Shown here one piece after another: positions 1 through 9,165 of a stretch of 64,000 nucleotides of DNA (the stretch's first letter is position 1; each line of letters begins with the position of its first letter). Location: assembly GCA_021789595.1 (NCBI GenBank), contig JAJYJJ010000008.1, positions 25,403-89,402 on the forward strand, written 5' to 3'. A program made the position numbers and the translations under genes. The notes under the pieces were generated by a model. It was not told the DNA's origin. It did not search any database and saw only the letters and a list, made by a program, of their open reading frames with translations. This DNA is from Nitrospirota bacterium (GTDB lineage Bacteria; Nitrospirota; Thermodesulfovibrionia; UBA6902; JAJYJJ01).

Positions 1-1
1 C

Positions 2-715
2 AACCTATATAACGAACATCTGAAGAGGCTCTTTGAAACGCTCAAGGGGAGAAACGGAAGGCTTGAGCCGCTCCTTTATGAGATAAGAAGGGAATTTGAT
101 GCCATACCTAAGGATAAAGGGCAAAGGCCCTTGATAGGGGTAATCGGAGAGATATTTGTCAGATCAAACAGGTTCTCAAACGAAGACCTTATACGAAGGA
201 TTGAGGAACTCGGTGGCGAGGTATATCTGTCACCTGTAGAGGAATGGATATACTATATAAATCTCATGGCTGTTCAGAAGACATTGATTAAAAAGAACAG
301 ATCTGATATGATTAATCTTTTCATTACAAGGTTCTTTCAAAGATTTATTGAGCACAGGCTCTCAAATGCCTTTAAGGGATTTATCAGGAACCTCAAAGAG
401 CCGTCCACAACCGAGATATTGAGGAAGGCATCACCGTATATTCACAGGTCATTTGAGGGAGAGGCTATATTGAGCATTGGCAAGGCAGTTGATATGGCTG
501 AGGCTGGTTTGGCAGGTGTAGTCAATGCAATGCCTTTTGGTTGTATGCCTGGCACGATAGTTACGGCATTACTCAAGGGGATAAAGGACGATTACGGGAT
601 ACCGTATATAAATATCCCTTATGATGGTACAGAGGCATCGACAACGCAGATACAGCTTGAGGCATTTATGCATCAGGCGAGGATTTATAGTAGCAGAGAT
701 ACCAGTTGGAAATAA
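2..715 (+). CDS. C-terminal part of an acyl-CoA dehydratase activase-related protein (BadF/BcrA/HgdC-associated, DUF2229-like); 5' end lies outside the window
   Basis: Frame 2 is open from base 2 (NLYNEHLKRLFETLKG...) into tracked ORF 131..715. The C-terminal sequence (VIGEIFVRSN...NAMPFGCMPGT...PYDG) resembles the C-terminal domain of large CoA-enzyme activase proteins. Family call is from memory. Confidence 0.5.
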   Translation, partial: NLYNEHLKRLFETLKGRNGRLEPLLYEIRREFDAIPKDKGQRPLIGVIGEIFVRSNRFSNEDLIRRIEELGGEVYLSPVEEWIYYINLMAVQKTLIKKNRSDMINLFITRFFQRFIEHRLSNAFKGFIRNLKEPSTTEILRKASPYIHRSFEGEAILSIGKAVDMAEAGLAGVVNAMPFGCMPGTIVTALLKGIKDDYGIPYINIPYDGTEASTTQIQLEAFMHQARIYSSRDTSWK

Positions 716-727
716 GGAGGTGATTGG

Positions 728-826
728 GTGGGAAGCGTAGTAAAGTGGCGTAAGAAAAAGATGAGCAAACACAAGCACAAAAAACTCCTCAGGAAGACCC
801 GTCATCAGAGGAGACAAAGTAAGTAG
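728..826 (+). CDS. 32-aa highly basic protein, bS22-like (AURKAIP1/COX24 family small ribosomal protein)
   Basis: GTG at 728 lies 7 nt after AAGGAGG (714-720). It translates to MGSVVKWRKKKMSKHKHKKLLRKTRHQRRQSK with stop TAG 824-826; 15 of 32 residues are Lys/Arg. It is below the ORF-track size cutoff. Confidence 0.55.
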   Translation: MGSVVKWRKKKMSKHKHKKLLRKTRHQRRQSK

Positions 827-834
827 GAGGTTGG

Positions 835-1047
835 ATGAAGGATATAATGGCCTTAAAAGATCAATTGGCACTCATCGAAAAGGAGATAAGGATGATTGCT
901 GAGGAGCTCGATGCTATAAGGCATTCAGCAGGTCAGACAGAGGATATCACAGTTGAGCTGAAGGCTATAAAGGTCTTCCTGGGTCGAATCCACCCTGAAT
1001 TCAAGGAACAATTCCCTGAGATAGTTAAGAAGGTAAGAAGGCGTTAA
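835..1047 (+). CDS. hypothetical small helical protein (70 aa)
   Basis: ATG preceded by AGGAGG (825-830). Charged, coiled-coil-like sequence with no recognisable family. Confidence 0.5.
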   Translation: MKDIMALKDQLALIEKEIRMIAEELDAIRHSAGQTEDITVELKAIKVFLGRIHPEFKEQFPEIVKKVRRR

Positions 1048-1051
1048 TCTA

Positions 1052-1807
1052 TTATTGTTCGAATCTCGTAACCCTGATGCCTGCAAAACCCATTGACCTG
1101 ATGTAGTCAACAAAAGACACTTCGGTGACCATACCTGATTTATTTTTGCCCTTTATACCGCTTGCATGTATCAGGTATACGCCTTCTGAATCCTTTTTTA
1201 TAATTCCGATATGACCGACAATCTCGCCAACAACCCTCCTGTCAGGCTGCTTTACAAAAAAGACGATATCGCCGCTTTTCAGTTTCCTGACAACATCCAT
1301 ATCGATGTTGTCCTTTGGGATAATGCTTACAAAATCCCTGCCTCTTGAGCCTTTTATCTTTACAACCGTTCCTAAATTTGAGGTAATCTCCCTGCCCCAT
1401 TTGCCGCTGTCTATCATATCCTCTCCGTATTGAAACCTATCCTGATAATTGATAACCTTACCGTTGCTGTCGAGCATCCCCCTGGTGATGAACCGTTTAT
1501 CCAGTGCAGCCGATATGGCCTCCTCTGAATTGTGGCTCAGGGCAAGCTCAACAGAGCGGAAGACATGATACATGCAGTCAACCCTGTCATCATAAACAAT
1601 AACATCCCTCCTCACATATTCACCGAGAGGGTCTGTATCATAAGGCATACCAACAAAACTCTCTGCCCAGTATGCGATCCTCTTGCCTAATGGGAGCTTC
1701 CATGCAGAGTTTATCTCGCTATCCGAAATGGTAAGTGCGTATGAATGGGCAATAGATAGCACAGAGACAACGCAAAGAGCAAGGAGCCTGAATAGTTTGA
1801 TATTCAC
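1052..1807 (-). CDS. secreted DUF1460-like / NlpC-P60-like amidase-fold protein
   Basis: N-terminal signal peptide (MNIKLFRLLALCVVSVLSIAHSYA). Contains the MPYD...DCMYHVFRSVELAL and GDIVFF...GHIGII motifs typical of DUF1460-type proteins. Confidence 0.55.
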   Translation of the reverse strand: MNIKLFRLLALCVVSVLSIAHSYALTISDSEINSAWKLPLGKRIAYWAESFVGMPYDTDPLGEYVRRDVIVYDDRVDCMYHVFRSVELALSHNSEEAISAALDKRFITRGMLDSNGKVINYQDRFQYGEDMIDSGKWGREITSNLGTVVKIKGSRGRDFVSIIPKDNIDMDVVRKLKSGDIVFFVKQPDRRVVGEIVGHIGIIKKDSEGVYLIHASGIKGKNKSGMVTEVSFVDYIRSMGFAGIRVTRFEQ

Positions 1808-1969
1808 AATATATCTTCCTCCTCCAGAGATCCGAGAGACTTTAAAGGAATTTTAACACTTTGCGTATAGAAATTTCTGTAATGTGTTTCTCCACTTGCC
1901 AAAAAGTCAAAATCATATTATGATAAGGGGTATAAAATTTCTTCCCGCTGATCAAAACATGAGAATATA

Positions 1970-4900
1970 ATGCGTATAGAAAAGATAGAGCTGATTGGTT
2001 TTAAGTCTTTCTCTGAGAGGACCACATTCCATTTTCACCCTGGAATTACGGCCGTCGTGGGGCCAAATGGCTCTGGCAAAAGCAATATTGTTGATGCCTT
2101 CAGGTGGGTACTTGGAGAGCAGAGCGCCAAGGCACTGAGGGGAGACAAAATGGAAGAGGTAATATTCTCAGGCTCAACCACAAAAAAACCTAAGGGGATG
2201 GCAGAGGTCACACTCACACTCTCTGGCGTGTATAAGGAACTTCCATCAGGCATTCAGGAGATAGGAGAGATATCTGTGGGAAGGAGGCTCTACCGCTCAG
2301 GGGAGAGCGAATATTACATAAATAAAGTTCCGTGCAGGTTGAAAGACATACGCGATATATTTCTCGACACAGGACTTGAGTTAAAGGCATATTCCATACT
2401 CGAACAGGGCAGGATGGACGATATATTGAAGGCCAAGCCCTATGAGAGGCGTTTTCTTATAGAAGAGGCAGCGGGGATTATGAAGTATAAGGTCAGAAAG
2501 ACAGAGGCCCTGAATAAACTCCAGGCATCACAGGCAAACCTTCAAAGGCTTAATGACATATTGAACGAGCTAAAGAGACAGATAAACTCGCTGGACAGAC
2601 AGGCAAAAAAGGCCGAGAGATACAAAAATCTCACGGAGGAGTTAAAGGCCATAGAATTAAGGCTCGCAAAGAGGGATTATAACGCCTTCAGACAGGAACT
2701 CTTAAACACTGTGACAGCTATACATTCAATCAGAGAAAAGGAGTTTAGCCTTAGCGCAGAGCTTCAGGAGCTTGGCGCAGAGATAGAAAAGAGGCGGCTT
2801 AACATAATAGAGCATGAAAAATTTACCGATGGCATCCAGAGGGATATCTATTCAAAGGAAAAGGCTATTGCAGAGGAAAGCGGCAGAATAAACCTCATAA
2901 AAAACGACCATTCAAACCTGAAGGAACGATATACAAGGCTCATTGCTGATGAGGAGGATCTAAGAGAAAAGAATGAGACGCTATCAGCAAGACTATCTGA
3001 ACTTGACTCAAAGGAATCAGGGCTTAAGGCTGAGATAGAGGACATAAAAGGAGAGTTAGGAGAAAGGGAGGAAGCACTCAGGACCATAGAGGATGAGCTG
3101 TGGGACATCGAGGATTCGCTTGAAGAAAAGAGGAAAGAGCTTTTCAGTAAAGCTGAGGCCATAAGCAATCTAAAGAATGAGATAGCTAATCTCAGGGCAG
3201 TGCTGGCCTCAAAGGACAAGACAGAGTCCTCCACCATAGATGAGATGACAGGCATAGAAAGAGAGCTTGAGAGGCTTAATACTGACCTGAGAGAAAATGA
3301 GGCAAAGGCTGAAGCTATCACAGAGACAATTGGTGGATTAAAAGAAAAAAGAGAGACAACCTATTCATCCATGCTTGAGGATAAAGATTCATTAAAGGCA
3401 TTAGAGGAGAAATACTTCAGGCAAAAGGCGGCACATGTATCGCTTTCATCAAAGGTCGAATCCCTGAAGGCGATAGACATGGATGAGGCATCAAAGCAGA
3501 TTATGGGTAAGGGGCTTCTCAACATACATGGGCAGGTTGCAGATGTGATAGAGACGGAGCCCGCGTATGAAAAGGCAGTTGAGGCAGCATTAGGGGAGAA
3601 ACTCTACTGTCTGATAGTGCAGGATTATGACGAACTGAAAAAGGGGCTTGATGTTACAGATGATACCGGGACAGGCAGGATAGGATTTATTCCCCTTGAT
3701 ATAGCTGCCCCATCAATGGAAGGCATCGCTGATGTCGATTATAGCAATAACGGGATAATCGGCTTGGCGTCAAACCTTGTAAGGATAAGGGACGGTTATA
3801 CTGATATTGCCCTGGCACTGCTCGGTAATGTTATTGTAGTTTCAGACATAGAGGCAGGCATTAATATCCATAGGCAGGGCAGAGGCCACCGTATTATTGC
3901 AACCATTGATGGACATATAATGGAGGCCTCAGGCGCGGTCTTTGGAGGAAAGGGTAAAGAGGTTCTGAAGAAGAAGCGTGAGTTGAGGGAATCAATAATC
4001 GAGATGGAAAAGACTTTAGAAACCCTCAGGGATATTGAGGATAGGATAACATCCCTCAAATCGGGCATAACAGATAAAGAACATCTCTTAACTGGCATGG
4101 ATAAAGACATCGTGGATGCAGAAAAAAGGCTATCTGCAACAAGGAATGAATCTATGAGGGTGGCACAGGAGATAGAGAGATACAAAGACAGGATTGAATT
4201 TTTAAAAACAGAGCTTGAGCTTGGCAAAAGGGATAAGGAAGAGGCAGCAATGCTGCTTTCATCAAAGGAGGAAGACCTTGTCAGTCTTGAAGAGCAGAGG
4301 AATATCATAGAGGCTGGGATAAAGGAGTTTCAGGAGGTTATCGGGCAGAGAAAGGCCCTGGTTGAGGAGAGTCGTGCAGAGATAACGGACATGAAGCTCT
4401 CCCTTACATCCATCAAGGCTGGGTTAGAATCTATATCAAAGGAAAAGGCAGCGGTAACATCTTCCATACAGGAGAATCAGAGGACGCTGAGGGCTATATC
4501 GGAGGAAATAGACTCTATCAGGGTAAGGATGGCTGATAGGGAAAACGAGAGCAAGGACAGACAGGCCGTCCTGAATTCACTCATCTCAGAGGTGGATTCC
4601 CTCAGAAAGGAACTAACAGATGCAAAGGAGAAACTCGAGACACTGATAAATGACACCCATGGGCTGGAAGATACAGAGAAACACAAAAAAGAACAACTGG
4701 ATGCCATAAAGGCAGAGTCCTCAGGACTTGAGATAAAGAAGGCAGAGACATCCCTCAGAATAGAGCATCTCAAAGGCGACATGCAAAGGAATTATGGCCT
4801 TGATATTGAGACATTGGAGACCCAGGAACCTATGGAGGATGATGCAGAGAGGCTGACCTTATTGAGGGAAAAGATACAGCAGCTTGGCCCTGTGAGCCTG

Positions 4901-5485
4901 GGGACACTCGATGAATACGAGGAGTTGAGGAAAAGATATGAATTCCTGGCAATACAGCAGACCGACCTCCTGAATTCTATAAAAGGCATCGAAGAGGCAA
5001 TAGCAAAGATAAACAGGACAACAAGGAAGAGGTTGCAGGAGGCATATGAGCTTCTAAGAGAGAGATTCAGGGAGATATTTACTGTGCTTTTTGGAGGCGG
5101 CAGGGCAGACATCATACTTGTTGGAGAGGAGAACATCCTTGAGGCAGGTGTTGATATAATCGCACAGCCGCCGGGCAAGACGCTTCAAAACCTATCCCTG
5201 CTTTCTGGCGGAGAAAAGGCGCTCACTGCCTTAGCGCTGATGTTTGCAGGATTCCTCGTAAAACCAACACCCCTGTGCATAATGGATGAGGTTGATGCGC
5301 CATTGGACGAATCCAATATAGACAGGTTTGCATCCATGCTGAAGGAGCTTGCAAGGGATACCCAGTTCATAATCATCACCCACAACCGAAGGACCATGGA
5401 GGTTGCAGATTTTATATATGGTGTTACAATAGAGTCAGCAGGGACATCAAGGGTATTGTCGCTTAAACTAATGGAGCCTGTGTGA
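1970..5485 (+). CDS. smc: chromosome segregation protein SMC
   Basis: 1171 aa with an N-terminal Walker A (GPNGSGKSN), long coiled coils, a central hinge, the C-terminal signature LSGGEKALTALAL and Walker B (CIMDEVDAPLD). Confidence 0.95.
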   Translation: MRIEKIELIGFKSFSERTTFHFHPGITAVVGPNGSGKSNIVDAFRWVLGEQSAKALRGDKMEEVIFSGSTTKKPKGMAEVTLTLSGVYKELPSGIQEIGEISVGRRLYRSGESEYYINKVPCRLKDIRDIFLDTGLELKAYSILEQGRMDDILKAKPYERRFLIEEAAGIMKYKVRKTEALNKLQASQANLQRLNDILNELKRQINSLDRQAKKAERYKNLTEELKAIELRLAKRDYNAFRQELLNTVTAIHSIREKEFSLSAELQELGAEIEKRRLNIIEHEKFTDGIQRDIYSKEKAIAEESGRINLIKNDHSNLKERYTRLIADEEDLREKNETLSARLSELDSKESGLKAEIEDIKGELGEREEALRTIEDELWDIEDSLEEKRKELFSKAEAISNLKNEIANLRAVLASKDKTESSTIDEMTGIERELERLNTDLRENEAKAEAITETIGGLKEKRETTYSSMLEDKDSLKALEEKYFRQKAAHVSLSSKVESLKAIDMDEASKQIMGKGLLNIHGQVADVIETEPAYEKAVEAALGEKLYCLIVQDYDELKKGLDVTDDTGTGRIGFIPLDIAAPSMEGIADVDYSNNGIIGLASNLVRIRDGYTDIALALLGNVIVVSDIEAGINIHRQGRGHRIIATIDGHIMEASGAVFGGKGKEVLKKKRELRESIIEMEKTLETLRDIEDRITSLKSGITDKEHLLTGMDKDIVDAEKRLSATRNESMRVAQEIERYKDRIEFLKTELELGKRDKEEAAMLLSSKEEDLVSLEEQRNIIEAGIKEFQEVIGQRKALVEESRAEITDMKLSLTSIKAGLESISKEKAAVTSSIQENQRTLRAISEEIDSIRVRMADRENESKDRQAVLNSLISEVDSLRKELTDAKEKLETLINDTHGLEDTEKHKKEQLDAIKAESSGLEIKKAETSLRIEHLKGDMQRNYGLDIETLETQEPMEDDAERLTLLREKIQQLGPVSLGTLDEYEELRKRYEFLAIQQTDLLNSIKGIEEAIAKINRTTRKRLQEAYELLRERFREIFTVLFGGGRADIILVGEENILEAGVDIIAQPPGKTLQNLSLLSGGEKALTALALMFAGFLVKPTPLCIMDEVDAPLDESNIDRFASMLKELARDTQFIIITHNRRTMEVADFIYGVTIESAGTSRVLSLKLMEPV

Positions 5486-5838
5486 TGGGAGATAAAAGGT
5501 TATTCCCGCGATACAGAGTTAGTTCCGAGTGCAAGGGTAAGCTTGTCCTTGCACAGGATATAAAGATTATCAATATAAGTATGGGCGGGATGCTGATACA
5601 ATGCAGCCGGCGCTTAAATATTAATAATAGATACTGTGTGCAGATACTGGCAAAGGACGGAACCGGAATAACACCTGATTGTATTGTCCAGAGAGACTTT
5701 TTCAAAGGCACAGTAGAGCACAAAGACAAGACATTGCCTTTGTATGAGGTTGCGTTTCAGTTTGTGGAACTGAGCAATGATGAAAAGGCGTTCATAAAAA
5801 GACTCTTAACCGATATAGGTCAAAATGAAAAGACTTGA
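5482..5838 (+). CDS. PilZ domain protein
   Basis: Contains the RxxxR motif (RLFPRYR) and the (D/N)xSxxG motif (NISMGGM). Its start overlaps the smc stop by 4 nt. Confidence 0.75.
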   Translation: MMGDKRLFPRYRVSSECKGKLVLAQDIKIINISMGGMLIQCSRRLNINNRYCVQILAKDGTGITPDCIVQRDFFKGTVEHKDKTLPLYEVAFQFVELSNDEKAFIKRLLTDIGQNEKT

Positions 5839-7183
5839 CAGCTTATTGCCTCCTGAGAGGGTATCATTGTTTGAGGAGGACACCCTCTGCTATAGCTTTG
5901 ATGCAACAGGGATAGAAGAGAGACCCATGGCTGTTGCAAGACCCATATCTACAGATGAGGTCTCAACAATCATGTCATATGCCTATGAGAGAGATATCCC
6001 TATTGTCCCAAGGGGTGCAGGCACGGGCATGTCTGGAGGATCTGTTCCACTAAACAACTCTATAGTCTTGTCATTTGAGAGGATGAACAATCTAATAGAT
6101 ATAGACGCCTCAAATCTTATAGCCGTGGTTGAGCCAGGTGTTATAAACGGCCATTTCCAGAGGGACTTAGAGGCATTAGAGCTTTTCTATCCGCCTGACC
6201 CTGCGAGCATGGACTTCTGCACACTCGGAGGCAATGTAGCAGAAAACGCCGGCGGCCCAAGGGCTTTAAAGTATGGGGTTACAAGGGATTATGTCCTTGG
6301 CCTTGAAATAGTTATGCCTGATGGTAAAATAGCCCTCATTGGAACAAAAACCCAAAAAGGCGTTGTTGGTTATGACCTTACAAGGCTGGTAGTTGGCTCA
6401 GAAGGGACACTGGCTGCCATAACAAAGATATTCCTGAGACTGCTGCCTATGCCAAGGGCTGTTATAACACTGTTAGCTGTATTTGACAGTGTGGATGCAT
6501 CAGCAAGGGCTGTATCAAAGATAATAGCCTCCTCAATAATCCCAAGGACACTGGAATTTATGGACAGGGAGTCTATAAAGGCAGTTGAGGCATTTAAGCC
6601 AACAGGGCTTCCAACTACAGCCGAGGCAGTGTTACTGATTGAGGTAGATGGTTCACCAAAGGCCATTAAGGAAGACACAGACAGGATTGCATCCATATGT
6701 ATAGCCCATAAGGCGGATATACAGGTGGCAGATGAACCATCTGCAAGACAGCGTCTATGGGAGGCACGGAGGGCAATATCACCTGCCCTTTACCGGATAA
6801 GCCCGACAAAGATCAATGAGGACATCGTTGTTCCAAGAAGCAAGATTCCTGAGATGCTCGCCTATCTAAGGAGACTATCTGAGGATCTAAACATAAGGAT
6901 AGTCAACTTCGGCCATGCAGGCGATGGCAATATACATGTAAATATCATGACCGACAGGGAGAATGCAGAGGAATTTAAAAGGGCAGGGGATGCAAGGAGG
7001 AAGATATTCGAGGCTGCATTGAAATTTGGCGGAACAATATCAGGTGAGCACGGCGTTGGTATTACAAAGGCCCCTTTCATTCCCATGGAGATGCATCCTG
7101 CAAGTCTCGGTATGATGAAGGCAATAAAAAGACTCTTTGACCCGAAGGGGCTTATGAATCCTGGCAAGATTTTTGAGGGTTAA
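5825..7183 (+). CDS. FAD-linked oxidase (glycolate oxidase GlcD / D-lactate dehydrogenase-like)
   Basis: 452 aa with a PCMH-type FAD-binding N-domain (PRGAGTGMSGGSVP) and the C-terminal GTISGEHGVG motif. Confidence 0.85.
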   Translation: MKRLDSLLPPERVSLFEEDTLCYSFDATGIEERPMAVARPISTDEVSTIMSYAYERDIPIVPRGAGTGMSGGSVPLNNSIVLSFERMNNLIDIDASNLIAVVEPGVINGHFQRDLEALELFYPPDPASMDFCTLGGNVAENAGGPRALKYGVTRDYVLGLEIVMPDGKIALIGTKTQKGVVGYDLTRLVVGSEGTLAAITKIFLRLLPMPRAVITLLAVFDSVDASARAVSKIIASSIIPRTLEFMDRESIKAVEAFKPTGLPTTAEAVLLIEVDGSPKAIKEDTDRIASICIAHKADIQVADEPSARQRLWEARRAISPALYRISPTKINEDIVVPRSKIPEMLAYLRRLSEDLNIRIVNFGHAGDGNIHVNIMTDRENAEEFKRAGDARRKIFEAALKFGGTISGEHGVGITKAPFIPMEMHPASLGMMKAIKRLFDPKGLMNPGKIFEG

Positions 7184-7271
7184 CACTAAAAAACCCTTGA
7201 CAAAAGCCTAAGTTCTTGATACCTTTATTTAGGCTTATTAAATCTCAAAAAAAGGAGGGGGTGAAAAAGGT

Positions 7272-7544
7272 ATGACAAAGGCGGAACTTATTGACAAGAT
7301 TGCAGCAGAGGCAGATCTTAGTAAAGCCGATGCAGGCAAGGCCCTTGGTGCAACGCTTGATTCGATCAAGGCTGCATTAAAGAAGAATCAGAAGGTGACT
7401 CTGGTGGGCTTTGGAACATTTTCAGTCACAAAGAGAAAGGCCCGCAAAGGTCGCAATCCGAGGACCGGCAGCCCGATTAATATTCCTGCAGCAAAAGTGC
7501 CGAGATTCACATCTGGTAAGGCCTTAAAGGATGCGATAAGGTAA
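7272..7544 (+). CDS. hup: DNA-binding protein HU
   Basis: 90 aa ([11 protein letters not shown]...[23 protein letters not shown]). SD GGAGGGGG lies upstream. Confidence 0.93.
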   Translation: MTKAELIDKIAAEADLSKADAGKALGATLDSIKAALKKNQKVTLVGFGTFSVTKRKARKGRNPRTGSPINIPAAKVPRFTSGKALKDAIR

Positions 7545-7562
7545 TCTTTTATAAGCATTAAA

Positions 7563-7598
7563 AAGGCAATGTTTTTCATAGAGACATTGCCTTTTTCT
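7563..7598 (+). terminator. rho-independent terminator after HU
   Basis: 10-bp stem AAGGCAATGT / ACATTGCCTT followed by TTTCTT. Confidence 0.7.
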
Positions 7599-7652
7599 TG
7601 ACATGACATGACTGTTTCTTTTATTTTTATATCAATAATTGTTCATCCATAT

Positions 7653-7727
7653 AGGCGCGTAGCTCAGGGGGAGAGCGCTACCTTGACACGGTAGAGGTCG
7701 ACGGTTCGAAACCGTCCGTGCCTACCA
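7653..7727 (+). tRNA. tRNA-Val (anticodon GAC)
   Basis: Cloverleaf folded by eye: acceptor AGGCGCG/CGTGCCT, D arm GCTC-AGGGGGA-GAGC, anticodon stem CTACC/GGTAG with loop TTGACAC, T arm GACGG-TTCGAAA-CCGTC, CCA encoded. Confidence 0.93.
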
Positions 7728-7741
7728 ATAAAATCAAGGGT

Positions 7742-8008
7742 TTACAACACATGCTGTTTCTTTCTCACAAGCGTAGTCAAATCGTAACCATTTTCATCCA
7801 AAACCTCTACAGCCTTTTTCATATGAGCCGGCGCAAGATGGGGATATCTCAGGGTCGAGGCCATTGATTCTCTTAAGGTATTGCGAAGGCAGCCTGAAAC
7901 AGCCCGGAAGGTATCAGATGAACTTTTGGGTAAATATAAGAGTATAATCCCTGCCGAAAAAACCTCAACTGAGTTTATAAAAGAACTCAGAGGCTCATTA
8001 TTTGGCAA
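7742..8008 (-). pseudogene. remnant of a tyrosine recombinase (phage-type integrase) C-terminus
   Basis: The 88-aa ORF sits directly 3' of tRNA-Val. ...LRESMASTLRYPHLAPAHMKKAVEVLD resembles the integrase C-terminal LGH..T..Y.H......AV..L box. No intact N-terminal or catalytic region is found upstream. Confidence 0.45.
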
Positions 8009-8268
8009 GGTAAAAAACTAACAAGTGAACTCCTTCCGTATGTGGAACTAAATTATTATTCTTCACAACAGTTTTGTTCCACTGTCAAAAAATACTCTAA
8101 GTGTAGAAAAATCAGAGACAGCGAAGGGCAGAAGCAATGTGTATCATCTCCTTGCCATGTTATATCTCAAAGAGGTAACTACTGAACTCCTGACAATTCT
8201 GAGGATTACTTTGAAAGGGTTTTTGTACAGAGGTGAGAGGCAAACGTCGTTTTATTTATGAGACGAAG

Positions 8269-8295
8269 TGTTTCACTGAATGTTTCAATGAAACA
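8269..8295. promoter_or_regulatory. TGTTTCA half-site plus perfect palindrome TGTTTCA-A-TGAAACA (candidate enhancer-binding-protein site)
   Basis: TGTTTCA occurs at 8269-8275 and the palindrome at 8281-8295. The same heptamer is repeated at 12479-12516. Confidence 0.35.
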
Positions 8296-8346
8296 GAATC
8301 GAGATGTTTTAACTTACATTATCCTTATAAATCAATGAAATAAAAT

Positions 8347-8362
8347 TGGTATAAATATTGCA
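8347..8362 (+). promoter_or_regulatory. candidate sigma-54 (-24/-12) promoter TGGTATAAATATTGCA
   Basis: GG and GC elements have the correct 11-nt register. It lies about 50 nt downstream of the TGTTTCA palindrome. Confidence 0.4.
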
Positions 8363-8368
8363 GAAATT

Positions 8369-8587
8369 ATGGTAATAATCAGCTTCAGTGTTTTTGTATG
8401 GATGACAGCTATTAGGGAGATACCATTTTTTAGCCTCCCAAGGCTTATAGTAGTTTATAAAGAGGAAAGGGGGGACAAAGAGGTCTTTTTTGAGTTTGCG
8501 GACAAAGAGGAGATGAAAAACTTCTGCCATGTGCTAAATAGTGCAGGGGAGAAGAGGGAAATAACATTTATCCATAAGGAGGTTTAA
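8369..8587 (+). CDS. hypothetical protein (72 aa); start uncertain
   Basis: The ORF precedes the cytochrome gene. The ATG lies only 8 nt after the -12 GC of the candidate sigma-54 promoter, so either the start or the promoter call is off. Confidence 0.35.
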   Translation: MVIISFSVFVWMTAIREIPFFSLPRLIVVYKEERGDKEVFFEFADKEEMKNFCHVLNSAGEKREITFIHKEV

Positions 8588-8589
8588 TT

Positions 8590-8960
8590 ATGTCACAAGA
8601 ACTGAGGAGTAGATTTATATTTTTAATGATCGTCACCCTATTTCTGATCATCTTTTTTGATGCCTATTTAACAAAGGCATCAGCAGCAGGCAAGGGGAAT
8701 GCTGCTGAAGGTAAGAAGGTTTACGCTGTAAGGTGTGCCATGGTGCAAGTGGAAAGGGCGATGGCCCTGTAGGAAGATCCCTGAATCCAAAGCCCGCAAA
8801 CTTTACAGATAAAGCAATGATGGCCATGCATTCTGATGAGGAGCTCTTTAAAACGATCTCCAATGGTGTAAAAGGTACTGCAATGGTGGGATTTGCAAAT
8901 TCATTGAGCGTGGCTGACCGCTGGAACCTTGTTGCATATATAAGGTCACTCTCCAGGTAA
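8590..8960 (+). pseudogene. class I c-type cytochrome, frameshifted (or carrying a sequencing error)
   Basis: Frame A (8590..8772) gives a signal/TM segment and ...AAEGKKVYAVR. Frame B opens after TAA 8712-8714 and gives EGLRCKVCHGASGKGDGP...ADRWNLVAYIRSL. The CxxCH motif exists only in frame B. Confidence 0.7.
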
Positions 8961-9165
8961 GAGTAAGATGATAACTCTTACTGGTTGGTGCAAACCTGCA
9001 AAGGGGGTCTTTTTCCTTAAAGGCAATACCTTTTTTGTGAGACCCCCCTGAAAAGGGACTTCAATTAAGTTTAAAAGTGGTGAAGGAGGTTTGAGCAGGC
9101 TCTTAGAGCCTTAGTCTCATATTTGAATCAATAAAACAAAATTAAGCCAAAGGAGGGCAATATAA

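Noticed and set aside
2848-5178. Several Ser-rich minus-strand ORFs (100-170 aa) inside smc
   Set aside because: They are antisense translations of the Glu/Lys/Leu-rich coiled-coil codons of smc, a typical shadow-ORF artefact.
7197-7225. Sigma-70 promoter for HU (TTGACA at 7197-7202)
   Set aside because: The -35 hexamer is perfect, but no convincing -10 hexamer occurs at 16-18 nt spacing (TACCTT at best). It is not reported as a feature.
8715-8727. Programmed -1 ribosomal frameshift in the cytochrome c gene
   Set aside because: No slippery heptamer of the X-XXY-YYZ type and no downstream pseudoknot or hairpin are evident. An indel or sequencing error is more parsimonious.
8985-9000. Sigma-54-like sequence TTGGTGCAAACCTGCA directly upstream of the Cyc2-like gene
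   Set aside because: The GG-to-GC register is one nucleotide too short (10 instead of 11), so it does not fit the -24/-12 geometry.
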